Part shown: positions 8,429 to 17,101 of the stretch, one piece after another
Layout of the letters: each line of letters begins with the position of its first letter
How positions within the stretch are numbered: position 1 is the first letter of the stretch
The notes under the pieces: generated by a model
Seen by the model: the letters and a program-made list of their open reading frames with translations, nothing else
Databases searched by the model: none
What the model was told of the DNA's origin: nothing
Assembly (NCBI GenBank): GCA_018239815.1
Contig: JAFEGP010000012.1
Span: 157 to 64,156 of the forward strand
Source of the DNA: Verrucomicrobiota bacterium
GTDB taxonomy: Bacteria > Chlamydiota > Chlamydiia > Chlamydiales > JAAKFR01
DNA length: 64,000 bases
Direction: 5' to 3'
Program-made: the position numbers and the translations under genes

Positions 8429-9487
8429 ATGACAAAACATCTTTTTTTTGGACTTACTCTTCAGGCTCTGCAAGATCTGTTAGAATCCCTGCAGATTAAA
8501 AAATTTGTTGCAAGCCAACTTACTCAATGGGTGTATGAGAAAAACGTAACAGACCTTAATCTCATGAGCAATCTTTCTAAGGATTTAAGGGCTAAACTAT
8601 CAGACATCTTTAACTTTGAAACTCTACGTCTTGAAACGAAAGAGGTTTCCAAAGATGAACAAACCGTTAAATATCTATGGCGTTTTGAAGACGGCCTAGC
8701 TTTTGAATCTGTCTTAATTTTGGCCCCTGATCGACAAACTGTATGTGTGTCCTCTCAAATTGGTTGCCCTGCACGTTGTGCTTTCTGTGCTTCCGGAAAA
8801 AAAGGATTATTTCGTCATCTCACAGCACATGAGATTGTGGAACAGGTATGGCGTATTCATCGAGACCTACAACAGCAATCAGGTCAATCTGTCACAAATA
8901 TCGTCTTTATGGGAATGGGCGAACCTCTAGAAAATTATGAAGCTGTGACAACAGCTATTAGGATTTTAACAGATCCTTCTTTAATGGGGCTTTCCAAACG
9001 ACGCCTAACCCTTTCTACAGTGGGTATCGAAGACAAAATTTATCGTTTAGCAGATGAAGGATTTGGCATTGGTTTAGCATTTTCTCTCCACGCTCCTAAT
9101 CAAAAACTAAGAGAAAAAATTATCCCTTATGCACGTAAATATCCTCTAGATGATTTACTCAAAGCTTTAAGGTACTATTCTCAAACAACCAAAAAAGACA
9201 TTACTTTTGAGTACACTCTCATTCGAGACTGGAATGATCAACCTGAGCACGCTTTGGAGTTAGCTGAACTTTTAAGTTCATGGCAATGCACTGTCAATTT
9301 AATTCCCTATAACCCTGTAGAGGGTTTAATGCTCAAAATACCTAGTACAAAAAACATCGAAACGTTTCGTCGTATCTTAACGCAAGCTGGCATTCATCAC
9401 ACTTGTCGCTATACAAAAGGTCGTGATATTGCTGCAGCTTGTGGACAACTAGCCTTAAAAAACACAGAACAGCTTAATTTACAGTAG
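8429..9487 (+). CDS. rlmN: 23S rRNA/tRNA adenine-C2 methyltransferase RlmN (radical SAM)
   Basis: CxxxCxxC cluster in VCVSSQIGCPARCAFCASGK, NIVFMGMGEPL, LSTVG, LAFSLHAP, and the C-terminal catalytic Cys region (AAACGQL). Confidence 0.92.
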   Translation: MTKHLFFGLTLQALQDLLESLQIKKFVASQLTQWVYEKNVTDLNLMSNLSKDLRAKLSDIFNFETLRLETKEVSKDEQTVKYLWRFEDGLAFESVLILAPDRQTVCVSSQIGCPARCAFCASGKKGLFRHLTAHEIVEQVWRIHRDLQQQSGQSVTNIVFMGMGEPLENYEAVTTAIRILTDPSLMGLSKRRLTLSTVGIEDKIYRLADEGFGIGLAFSLHAPNQKLREKIIPYARKYPLDDLLKALRYYSQTTKKDITFEYTLIRDWNDQPEHALELAELLSSWQCTVNLIPYNPVEGLMLKIPSTKNIETFRRILTQAGIHHTCRYTKGRDIAAACGQLALKNTEQLNLQ

Positions 9488-9586
9488 CGGCTTTTAAAAA
9501 ATCAGGCCTCTACTCTTTCTGTAAATTCTGTAACTCTCTAGACTCATTACTTCTGAATATTCACATTCTCAACATGGAGAGTCTTG

Positions 9587-11035
9587 ATGATTACTTCTTC
9601 CCCTTCTTGGGCTTTTGCAGAAATTGCCGCCGACACACCTCTTCCAGAGCCAGAATCTTCTAGCATTTCTTATTCTTCCCAAACTTCTTCTGCGCATTCT
9701 TTATTAGAGGGAAGAAACTTTACAATGATCCCTTACTCATCACCTATCACTCTACATACCTCGATTCTACACAACCGCTTCCCTTCTCACACTCTTTCCA
9801 ATCCTCCTTCTGTCAAACTCTGCACGATAACCAAACTTGTTACACCTCTACCAACCACAGCTGCCGTCGTTTTACCTATTAAGCAGTTTTTACCCCCGCT
9901 TGCAAAAGCGCCCTTACAACCTATGTCTTTATTTGCTCAAACACCTGTTCGTCATCCCATTTCTTCTCATCGTATTTCAGCTGCTACACAATTTACCGTA
10001 TCTTCTCGACCCTTATCAGAGCGTTGCCATCTTCATATTTCTCAAAAACAGACAGCGACGTGTCAACATGTTGCTCTCAAGTCTCAGCAACACCTTGTCT
10101 ATGCTACAAATTGGTTACAGCAAAAACAACAAGACTCCGATCAGCACTCCCAACATCAACATGAAGAACCTAACGATACAGTTTCTATTACAGACCTTAA
10201 AACCCAACATCATTTTACACATACAAACTCTATAACTGAGGAACGTCCTGTTTTAGAGCCTCCTCGTATCGGAGTATTTGCTCTCTATTATATTCTGACC
10301 AAAATTGGCATTGTCTCAGATGCTCAGTCCAATTGGGAAGCTCGTCAGCATATTCAGGCAAATCAAGAGGAAACCGAAATCGTTCACAAGGCTCGCCTTG
10401 AAGAAATGCAAAAAGCTCTTGATAAAGAACAAGAAACTAAGCGCTGGAGTGTTTCTGTTAAGGTCTTCTCGTGGTTAACCTCTTTTATGAGTTTAATTGC
10501 TGGGATTGTCATGATCATCACAGGAGTAGGGGCTGTTGCGGGAGCTTTGCTTGTTGCTGGAGGCGTCTTTACCTTGACCAACCAAGTCTTAGAAGTGACA
10601 GGAGGATGGGAGAAAATTGCTGGAATCCTCCCAGGAGACAATCCGGAAAAAAAGCGTGCTGTGATCATGTGGATGCAAATTGGCATTTCTGTATTATGCT
10701 TAATTTTAGCTGGAGCTGGAGTCTTATTAGGTGGTTATTCAGCTGTGGGAGAAGCTATGAATCAATTTATGGCTGTTTTTGGGGGTATTGTTCTTTTAGG
10801 GCAAGGAGTCAGCTCGATAGGACAGGGTGTAACCCTCTATCTACACAAAGAAAATACTGCAGAAACTCGACGTTATGCACGACGTCTGGTAGAACTTAAA
10901 TATCGCCGCGAAGACCTTATGGAAAAGGTTGAGGCAAGCCTTGATCGCATGAAACAGTTATTTGAAGAGATGACACGTGCCTTGGATTTCTCTTCAGAGT
11001 TATTCTATAGCGATCAAATGGTCAATCAGAGATAA
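9587..11035 (+). CDS. T3S major hydrophobic translocator (CopB/YopB/IpaB-like)
   Basis: The N-terminal half is low-complexity and S/T/P/H-rich. The C-terminal half has a coiled coil followed by two long hydrophobic blocks (WLTSFMSLIAGIVMIITGVGAVAGALLVAGGVF..., VIMWMQIGISVLCLILAGAGVLLGG...). GGAGA RBS lies 6 nt before the ATG at 9587 (the ORF track starts at TTG 9584). Lies downstream of the class II chaperone. Confidence 0.7.
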   Translation: MITSSPSWAFAEIAADTPLPEPESSSISYSSQTSSAHSLLEGRNFTMIPYSSPITLHTSILHNRFPSHTLSNPPSVKLCTITKLVTPLPTTAAVVLPIKQFLPPLAKAPLQPMSLFAQTPVRHPISSHRISAATQFTVSSRPLSERCHLHISQKQTATCQHVALKSQQHLVYATNWLQQKQQDSDQHSQHQHEEPNDTVSITDLKTQHHFTHTNSITEERPVLEPPRIGVFALYYILTKIGIVSDAQSNWEARQHIQANQEETEIVHKARLEEMQKALDKEQETKRWSVSVKVFSWLTSFMSLIAGIVMIITGVGAVAGALLVAGGVFTLTNQVLEVTGGWEKIAGILPGDNPEKKRAVIMWMQIGISVLCLILAGAGVLLGGYSAVGEAMNQFMAVFGGIVLLGQGVSSIGQGVTLYLHKENTAETRRYARRLVELKYRREDLMEKVEASLDRMKQLFEEMTRALDFSSELFYSDQMVNQR

Positions 11036-11070
11036 TGCGCAATTAAGAGATTAAGTGTAAGGAATCTGTC

Positions 11071-12465
11071 ATGATCGATATTTCTCCTGCTCCCTCTCCT
11101 CAAGAAGGGCAACTTTCATCTGTAGATAATGTAGCTCAGACAGCTAATGAGCAAGTGACTTCTGAAGTAGCTTTCCCTTTAATTGAAGCTCTGGCCTGTT
11201 GGATGAATCCCACAAAAGAGACGTACAGAGCACCTACGCCTGATCCTTTTTTTGGTAAAAAAGAGTCTACAAACTCTGCATCTGTTTTCTCGCATCGGCG
11301 CTTGCAAAGCGTAGATGCTGATTCTAGTCGTACCATCAAAGCAATATCACTTATTTTATCTTCCACCCTACCTAAGGCTTGTGCAGTAGCTAGACCTTCT
11401 CCTATTTCCTATTTTCAACATCACACCACAACTACAAAAACCTCTTCTTTCCTGCAATCTGGATTGTCTACATCTTTGCCTAAAGAAGCAGCTCAAACCA
11501 CTTTACCTGCTTCGCATTCCGTGGTCGGATTATCTCATCAAAATAGAGTTACACATTCTATCTCAACTCTTACAACGACTCCTTCTGTCTCAATACGATC
11601 ACAAGATCGATTAAGGCATAGCTCAGACAATATGGTAGTAGGTTTACTTCCTCTTGTTCCTCTCAAAAAAACCTCATCTCATATTGTGCCTCAACATCAA
11701 TCTTGGGAAAAACAGGAACAAGAAGACGCTGATTCCGAACGTAGACATACTCATACCTATACTTCTGAAACAACACCAAAAAGCCCTGTTAAAAAAGTTG
11801 CTGGTGTGGCTTCTGCTCTTTTTGCCTTGCACGCCCCACCTCCAGCCAAAAATCCAGATCTTCTGTTTGACATACTCAAACAACCAGCAGAACAACTTTC
11901 TAATGAGCTAAGTGTAAGAATGTCTTATTTTGATGTACTGCTACTATTTTTTGAACTCATGAAATTAGAAGTAACTAGCCAAGAAGATGAAAAAATGGCT
12001 AGACGCAAAGAACGACAGGTGCAGCTTAAGTACCTAGAACAAGAGGTTGCTAACTTTAAATCACAAGCAAAGTGGATGCTATTTTCTTATGTGGGAGCTG
12101 GTGTACTTGGTATTGCATCAGGATTGGCACCTATTGTAGGACACATGAAAGGGGAAAGCATTCTCAACACATTTTCTAGTGTATTTAGTTCTTTGAAGGG
12201 CGCTAAGAAAAAGGATTTTTTTGAAGGGATATCTAAAATGACCTATGCCATGTCCGAGATGCAAAAAGCAACGGGACAGATTTACAGCACCTCTGCAGAA
12301 GGAGATCGTACACGCTACAATCGACTTTCTGACCTACACCGTAACGAACAAGATGAAATCACGCGCAGCATTGAACAACTTCAAGAACGCTTTAGACAAA
12401 GTGAACGTTTCTTAATGGACCTATTGCAGATGAGACACGATGTCACTTCTCAGCTTTATCGCTAA
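11071..12465 (+). CDS. T3S minor translocator (CopD/YopD-like)
   Basis: Immediately follows the CopB-like gene. Low-complexity N-terminal half, a single hydrophobic segment (WMLFSYVGAGVLGIASGLAPIVG) flanked by coiled-coil/amphipathic helices, and no Sec signal. Confidence 0.6.
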   Translation: MIDISPAPSPQEGQLSSVDNVAQTANEQVTSEVAFPLIEALACWMNPTKETYRAPTPDPFFGKKESTNSASVFSHRRLQSVDADSSRTIKAISLILSSTLPKACAVARPSPISYFQHHTTTTKTSSFLQSGLSTSLPKEAAQTTLPASHSVVGLSHQNRVTHSISTLTTTPSVSIRSQDRLRHSSDNMVVGLLPLVPLKKTSSHIVPQHQSWEKQEQEDADSERRHTHTYTSETTPKSPVKKVAGVASALFALHAPPPAKNPDLLFDILKQPAEQLSNELSVRMSYFDVLLLFFELMKLEVTSQEDEKMARRKERQVQLKYLEQEVANFKSQAKWMLFSYVGAGVLGIASGLAPIVGHMKGESILNTFSSVFSSLKGAKKKDFFEGISKMTYAMSEMQKATGQIYSTSAEGDRTRYNRLSDLHRNEQDEITRSIEQLQERFRQSERFLMDLLQMRHDVTSQLYR

Positions 12466-13192
12466 ACCCTTCTTTTGGCTCCAGCACTTGCAGATAAACA
12501 TCTGTTTTTCCCCAAGGAAAAGAACCTTTAAACTGTTTAAGTACACGAAAACGTGGATGATAATCCGAAAGAGGGTAGCTTGTTGTGATAAAGCGTACCC
12601 CTGGTTTAAGCTGTAGAAATTTTTCTATTAGCTTATTAACAAATTCATCCTCTCTAGCTGTACCATAAAAATAAATACAAGTCGCATAGTCTAAAGATGT
12701 AGAAAGAACATCCTGAGCATAAAATGTTAAACGATCCAGATGACACCATCTTTTAACACGATTTGCCCGTCTGATAAACACCTCGACATGGTCAATGCCT
12801 ACAACACGACATTTTACAAAGTAGTGAAGCCAAAACGCCGTACGACCTGTTCCACAGCCAATCTCGTACACAACATCACTAGAAAGAATACGACACTGCT
12901 TAACAAGATGTTCTAATGTCTTGAGAGGGGTTTCTCCATACAAGTTATCTGAAGCAAAATGACGTGCATGCCTATATGGGTTTTTAAAGAGATACTGTCC
13001 CCATAGCAGAATATCACACAGAGCAAATCCCCCGTGCCGCATATAATAACGACCTATAATGCCTACCCAACCAAATAAACGAAAAAAAGAGGCGTAGAGA
13101 TTAATCCAACACAGTCTTACCAGTTGATTTTTTGACCTGGACACAGTACGCGAAAGTTCTCCCATGAACAATTTTTCTTTTCTAAAGCACAT
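12443..13192 (-). CDS. class I SAM-dependent methyltransferase with a hydrophobic N-terminus
   Basis: Motif I VYEIGCGTGRTAF and later FYG/acidic motifs. The start is uncertain because the ORF-track start overlaps the upstream gene by 76 nt. The 3' end overlaps the convergent CopD-like gene by 23 nt. Confidence 0.7.
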   Translation of the reverse strand: MCFRKEKLFMGELSRTVSRSKNQLVRLCWINLYASFFRLFGWVGIIGRYYMRHGGFALCDILLWGQYLFKNPYRHARHFASDNLYGETPLKTLEHLVKQCRILSSDVVYEIGCGTGRTAFWLHYFVKCRVVGIDHVEVFIRRANRVKRWCHLDRLTFYAQDVLSTSLDYATCIYFYGTAREDEFVNKLIEKFLQLKPGVRFITTSYPLSDYHPRFRVLKQFKGSFPWGKTDVYLQVLEPKEGFSDKAEK

Positions 13193-14097
13193 AGCAAGTC
13201 ATAAGGAGGTCTTGTAATACAATCACTTGAAAGTTTAAACGTTCCCCAATGTCCCCCAATACTTAATTTGGAACCTACATCTTGATGAATTTGCACCGCC
13301 TCATCGGGATTGATATGAACAGGTTGCATAAACTTGCGTGGTGTATAAACTCCTATAGGTAAAAGACTCAGATCCATTGAGACAAATCTCTCCCCTATCT
13401 TCTTAAAATCATGGGGATTATAACCGGTGTCACCCGCAAAATAAAAGCGCTTATTTTCTCTTGTAGACTCTACAACACACCCCATCCATAAAGTACGGTT
13501 TCGATCAAAAAGACCCCTTCCTGAGAAATGTTGAGCAGGCACAGCTGTAAAGGTAAATTCTTCAGATTGAAATTGCTCCCACCACTTTAACTCAATGACC
13601 CATCCTCTTTCAAGGCGTGGCAACGTCTTAATCAGCCATTTCTTTAATTTATATGGTACAATCCAGGTAATATTAGGATATAAATGATGTAAAAGTAAGA
13701 CTGTTTTTTTATCCAAATGGTCGTAGTGATTGTGACTTAAAATTACATAATCCACTCTACCTAATTCTTCCAACGTTAAAGAGGTAGGATGATGACGACT
13801 AGGTCCAATAAAAGAACAAGGGGAACAACGCGAACTCCAAATAGGATCTACTAAAAAATTTTTACCAGCCAAGCGAAGCCAATAACTAGAATGATTGACC
13901 CACATGACTTGAGGCTGATCAGCATCAAGCTGACAAAGAGGATTAGGAAAGGTAAACCCCTCAGGAATTGGCTCTAACAACTCCTTATCTTTATAATATC
14001 CAAATTGCCACAACAAATAATGAATAAAACCACGTTTTAATTCTTTTTGATGAGGATTAATATAACCTTTAAGAAAATGCCATTTTTCTGTCATCAA
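13117..14097 (-). CDS. MBL-fold metallo-hydrolase, NAPE-PLD-like subfamily
   Basis: ILSHNHYDHLD, VPAQHFSGRGLFDRNRTLW, YFAGDTGY, LLPIGVY.PR, HWGTF - the pattern of the N-acyl-phosphatidylethanolamine phospholipase D-like bacterial family. Confidence 0.8.
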   Translation of the reverse strand: MMTEKWHFLKGYINPHQKELKRGFIHYLLWQFGYYKDKELLEPIPEGFTFPNPLCQLDADQPQVMWVNHSSYWLRLAGKNFLVDPIWSSRCSPCSFIGPSRHHPTSLTLEELGRVDYVILSHNHYDHLDKKTVLLLHHLYPNITWIVPYKLKKWLIKTLPRLERGWVIELKWWEQFQSEEFTFTAVPAQHFSGRGLFDRNRTLWMGCVVESTRENKRFYFAGDTGYNPHDFKKIGERFVSMDLSLLPIGVYTPRKFMQPVHINPDEAVQIHQDVGSKLSIGGHWGTFKLSSDCITRPPYDLLCALEKKNCSWENFRVLCPGQKINW

Positions 14098-14107
14098 TGC
14101 AGGAATA

Positions 14108-15055
14108 TCATGAAGAGGACTCTTGCGTCAATTCCCTTGGAAGTTGAAACAACACATTTTCTTCCGTATGCACTCGCTTTTCGATCTCAGTCACTCCTAA
14201 TTCCGACAAACGAACGATGCAAGCTTGCACAACATCTTCAGGTGTAGAAGCCCCTGCTGTTAGACCAAGTTGCGTAACATTTGCTAGCCAACTTTCTTTG
14301 ATCTCTTCAGGACCATGAATTAAATAAGCTTTAATCCCTGCATTGAGAGCAACCTCCACAAGGCGATTAGAATTCGAGCTCATCCTATCTCCTACCACCA
14401 GTATTAAATCTGTACAATTTGTAATCTCTCGCAAAGCAAGTTGACGATTAGTTGTGGCATAACAAATTGAAGAACTAGGCAAAGTCTCAATGTGAGGATA
14501 TTTTCTTTTTAATGCTTCTGCAATTTGGGCAACATCATGCAAACTCAACGTCGTTTGCGTCAGATAAAATAAAGGCGTTTGAGGTGCAAAATTCAATTTC
14601 TCCACATCTTCTACAGTTTCTACAACAGTAGTCTGATCAGGAGCTTCTCCCCGCGTTCCTATAATTTCTACATGCGTCTTATGCCCAATTAAAATGATCT
14701 GATAACCCTTAGCTGCATAACGCTTAGCTGCGGAATGCACTTTGGTCACAAGACCACATGTCGCATCAATTTCTATAAGCCCTCTTGCTTTAGCCTCTTG
14801 ACGCACCTGTGGCGACACCCCATGAGCTGAATAAATGAGCCGACTTCCTCTTGGTACGTCGGCTAAATTTTCAATAAAGACAGCTCCCATAGCTTTTAAG
14901 CGTTCTACCACATGTGTATTATGCACAATTTCGTGCTTGACATAGATAGGAGCTCCCCATATCTGGAGAGCTCGTTCTACTGTTTCAATAGCACGAACAA
15001 CACCTGCACAAAATCCTCTTGGCTCCGCTAAAAGCAGCTTCTTTTCTTTGCTCAT
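14108..15055 (-). CDS. ispH: 4-hydroxy-3-methylbut-2-enyl diphosphate reductase IspH/LytB
   Basis: LAEPRGFCAGVVRAIE, HEIVHN, ATCGLVTKVH, SSNSNRL - canonical IspH motifs with three conserved Cys. Confidence 0.95.
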   Translation of the reverse strand: MSKEKKLLLAEPRGFCAGVVRAIETVERALQIWGAPIYVKHEIVHNTHVVERLKAMGAVFIENLADVPRGSRLIYSAHGVSPQVRQEAKARGLIEIDATCGLVTKVHSAAKRYAAKGYQIILIGHKTHVEIIGTRGEAPDQTTVVETVEDVEKLNFAPQTPLFYLTQTTLSLHDVAQIAEALKRKYPHIETLPSSSICYATTNRQLALREITNCTDLILVVGDRMSSNSNRLVEVALNAGIKAYLIHGPEEIKESWLANVTQLGLTAGASTPEDVVQACIVRLSELGVTEIEKRVHTEENVLFQLPRELTQESSS

Positions 15056-15056
15056 G

Positions 15057-16814
15057 TTAAGACTTATGAAGTAAAGACTCTACAGTCTCAAGGATTTTAT
15101 TCACATAACTTCGATAGTTATGTTGTAAATCTTCAACCTGCATAGCATATTCGATATCAGGCTTAACACCGAGATTTTCTATAGGTTCTTTGTTCGCTCT
15201 TTCTGCAACTGAACCAGTAATTGTAAAACCTGCAATGCCATTATGGTTAGGATGTGATGTAGCCAGCACATACCCACCTGCTCCCGCTGTACGGGTTCCT
15301 AAGATCACAGCACGCCCACTATCTTGAAGAATCGCTGGAAAAAAATCCCCGCCAGAAAAATCTAAATGATTCACTAACACAAGAACAGGTTTTGTATAAC
15401 AACCATCTGGATGTGCCGTCACTTTATCAATACCAAAGACATGTAGAGGATCGGTATATAACTTACCTTCATTCCATTCCTCTATAATTTTATAGAAAAA
15501 TTGTTTCATTTTCTCAACCGTCTGCATCGTAACAGGAAGACCTCCTATCGAATCTCCTATCACTTCATGAGCGTCTTCTAGATTATGAATCGACTCTAAC
15601 TCAGGTAGTCTTCTAACAGCCATGTTGACTTCTTCTTGAGTCAGATTGATATGATGCTTCGGCACATCAATAGGCTTATTAGCAAGAGCAGAAGCTAAAC
15701 TATACAAATAGAAAATGGATCCTCCTGGATTATCCATTTGATCAATCACCAAAGCATTGGTAGCATTCTCAAAGATACGCATTAAAGCACAAAATTCTTT
15801 TGTTTCTTCCTCATCAGCCATGTAATGAGGAATTCTGATGTATCCTACCAAATTTCCTGAAGGAGCAGAAAAAATATAAGCATGGAATCTATCCTTAGCA
15901 TGAGATTTCCAAATCACCTTACCTAGATTAGGAAGATAGTTAGAACGACTGCCTCTTTCATAAGGATTCTCCACACTTTGATGTAGACGCACAGGATCAA
16001 AATGCGCTGCAACCATCATCCCCTGTTGAAGTATGCTCTGTTGCATACCCTGTTCTATCTTTTGTAAAGGAAGATTCGCCTGAACTAATTTGTTTTTGTC
16101 TTTAGAAGCACCCAAAGACGAAAAATCCTTAATGCGCTCCGCACGATATTCCCACTTCATCACGACATCTTGTATTTGAAGCGATTTAGAAGATTTAAAC
16201 TTAAGTTTTATAAGCCCTGAAGGAACGTGCTGCCCTAAAAATCCATAGCGTTCCGTTAAAGTTTCTTCCGCTAAAGCTAGATTGGTGCCCTCAAAATTTC
16301 TAACCCCAAATTCCTGCTTACATAATTCTTTGACAACTTTATCTATAGGTTGACCATCCCATTCCAAAAGCTCATCGCCAACAGAAAGAGGAAAAGCAAG
16401 CCTTGATATCTTGCTCCAATCAATATGCACAATAAAATAACGACGTCCAGACTCACTTTCTGGATCCAGAGCTGATTTCACGGCAAAAGGAAGTTTTGAG
16501 CGTTCTGTGGAATAAAATTGAGCCCCCACATGATAGTCAGCAAGAGAATTCAAAACTTTACTAACAAGGCGTTGAAATTCCTTTGTTGTAACATGAGGCT
16601 TTTGTTGAATTTCTTTGCGAGCTTGTTCAAATTCTTTTTCCAAATTCAAACCAACATAGCTCCGTTTCCATTCTAAAGGTGCATATCTAACTTCAAGAGA
16701 TTGCTGAAGAAAATTTAAATCTTCTAACATTCGTTTTTTAGCTAGCTCTGATTGACTTCCAAAGAGAAGGCTCGGTAACAGGAATATAAGGGCATAAATA
16801 GTGTTTAACTTCAT
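15057..16814 (-). CDS. cpaf: CPAF-like S41 serine protease (chlamydial protease-like activity factor orthologue)
   Basis: Signal peptide. Long stretches match my recollection of C. trachomatis CPAF: LEDLNFLQQSLEVRYAPLEWK, ALVIDQMDNPGGSIFYLYSLASAL..P.DVPKHHINLTQEEV, KPVLVLVNHLDFSGGDFFPAILQD..RAVILGTRTAGAGGYV, IENLGVKPD. Candidate triad His (DYHVGAQF), Ser (DFSGGDFF), Glu (IENLGV). Confidence 0.9.
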   Translation of the reverse strand: MKLNTIYALIFLLPSLLFGSQSELAKKRMLEDLNFLQQSLEVRYAPLEWKRSYVGLNLEKEFEQARKEIQQKPHVTTKEFQRLVSKVLNSLADYHVGAQFYSTERSKLPFAVKSALDPESESGRRYFIVHIDWSKISRLAFPLSVGDELLEWDGQPIDKVVKELCKQEFGVRNFEGTNLALAEETLTERYGFLGQHVPSGLIKLKFKSSKSLQIQDVVMKWEYRAERIKDFSSLGASKDKNKLVQANLPLQKIEQGMQQSILQQGMMVAAHFDPVRLHQSVENPYERGSRSNYLPNLGKVIWKSHAKDRFHAYIFSAPSGNLVGYIRIPHYMADEEETKEFCALMRIFENATNALVIDQMDNPGGSIFYLYSLASALANKPIDVPKHHINLTQEEVNMAVRRLPELESIHNLEDAHEVIGDSIGGLPVTMQTVEKMKQFFYKIIEEWNEGKLYTDPLHVFGIDKVTAHPDGCYTKPVLVLVNHLDFSGGDFFPAILQDSGRAVILGTRTAGAGGYVLATSHPNHNGIAGFTITGSVAERANKEPIENLGVKPDIEYAMQVEDLQHNYRSYVNKILETVESLLHKS

Positions 16815-17101
16815 TGATTTTACGAGTAAAAACCTATTTCAATACTGAATAGGACCTCGCTCCTTATGTTTTTTTGTTAAAATTTGCAGTAAGGAGCTCC
16901 TATCCTCACTTTATTGTGTCGGAACCAGGCTTGATAAGTTCCTTTAAACCTCAGATACTCAATTCATCTAAATTGATTCTTTGGCACACATATTTTTCTT
17001 TATAGAAATTTAATAGTCAAGCCGAACTCTAACTCTTTTCTTGGTTACATCTGTGAGAAGTGCTATTCAACAATCCCTTTCTTTCTTAGAATGGCCGGTC
17101 A

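Noticed and set aside
9837-11911. Alternative-frame and antisense ORFs inside the translocator genes (9837-10235, 10384-10686, 10471-10899, 11136-11366, 11654-11911, 11674-11895)
   Set aside because: They are embedded in longer ORFs that have recognisable translocator architecture. Their sequences are low-complexity by-products of the S/T/P-rich coding frame.
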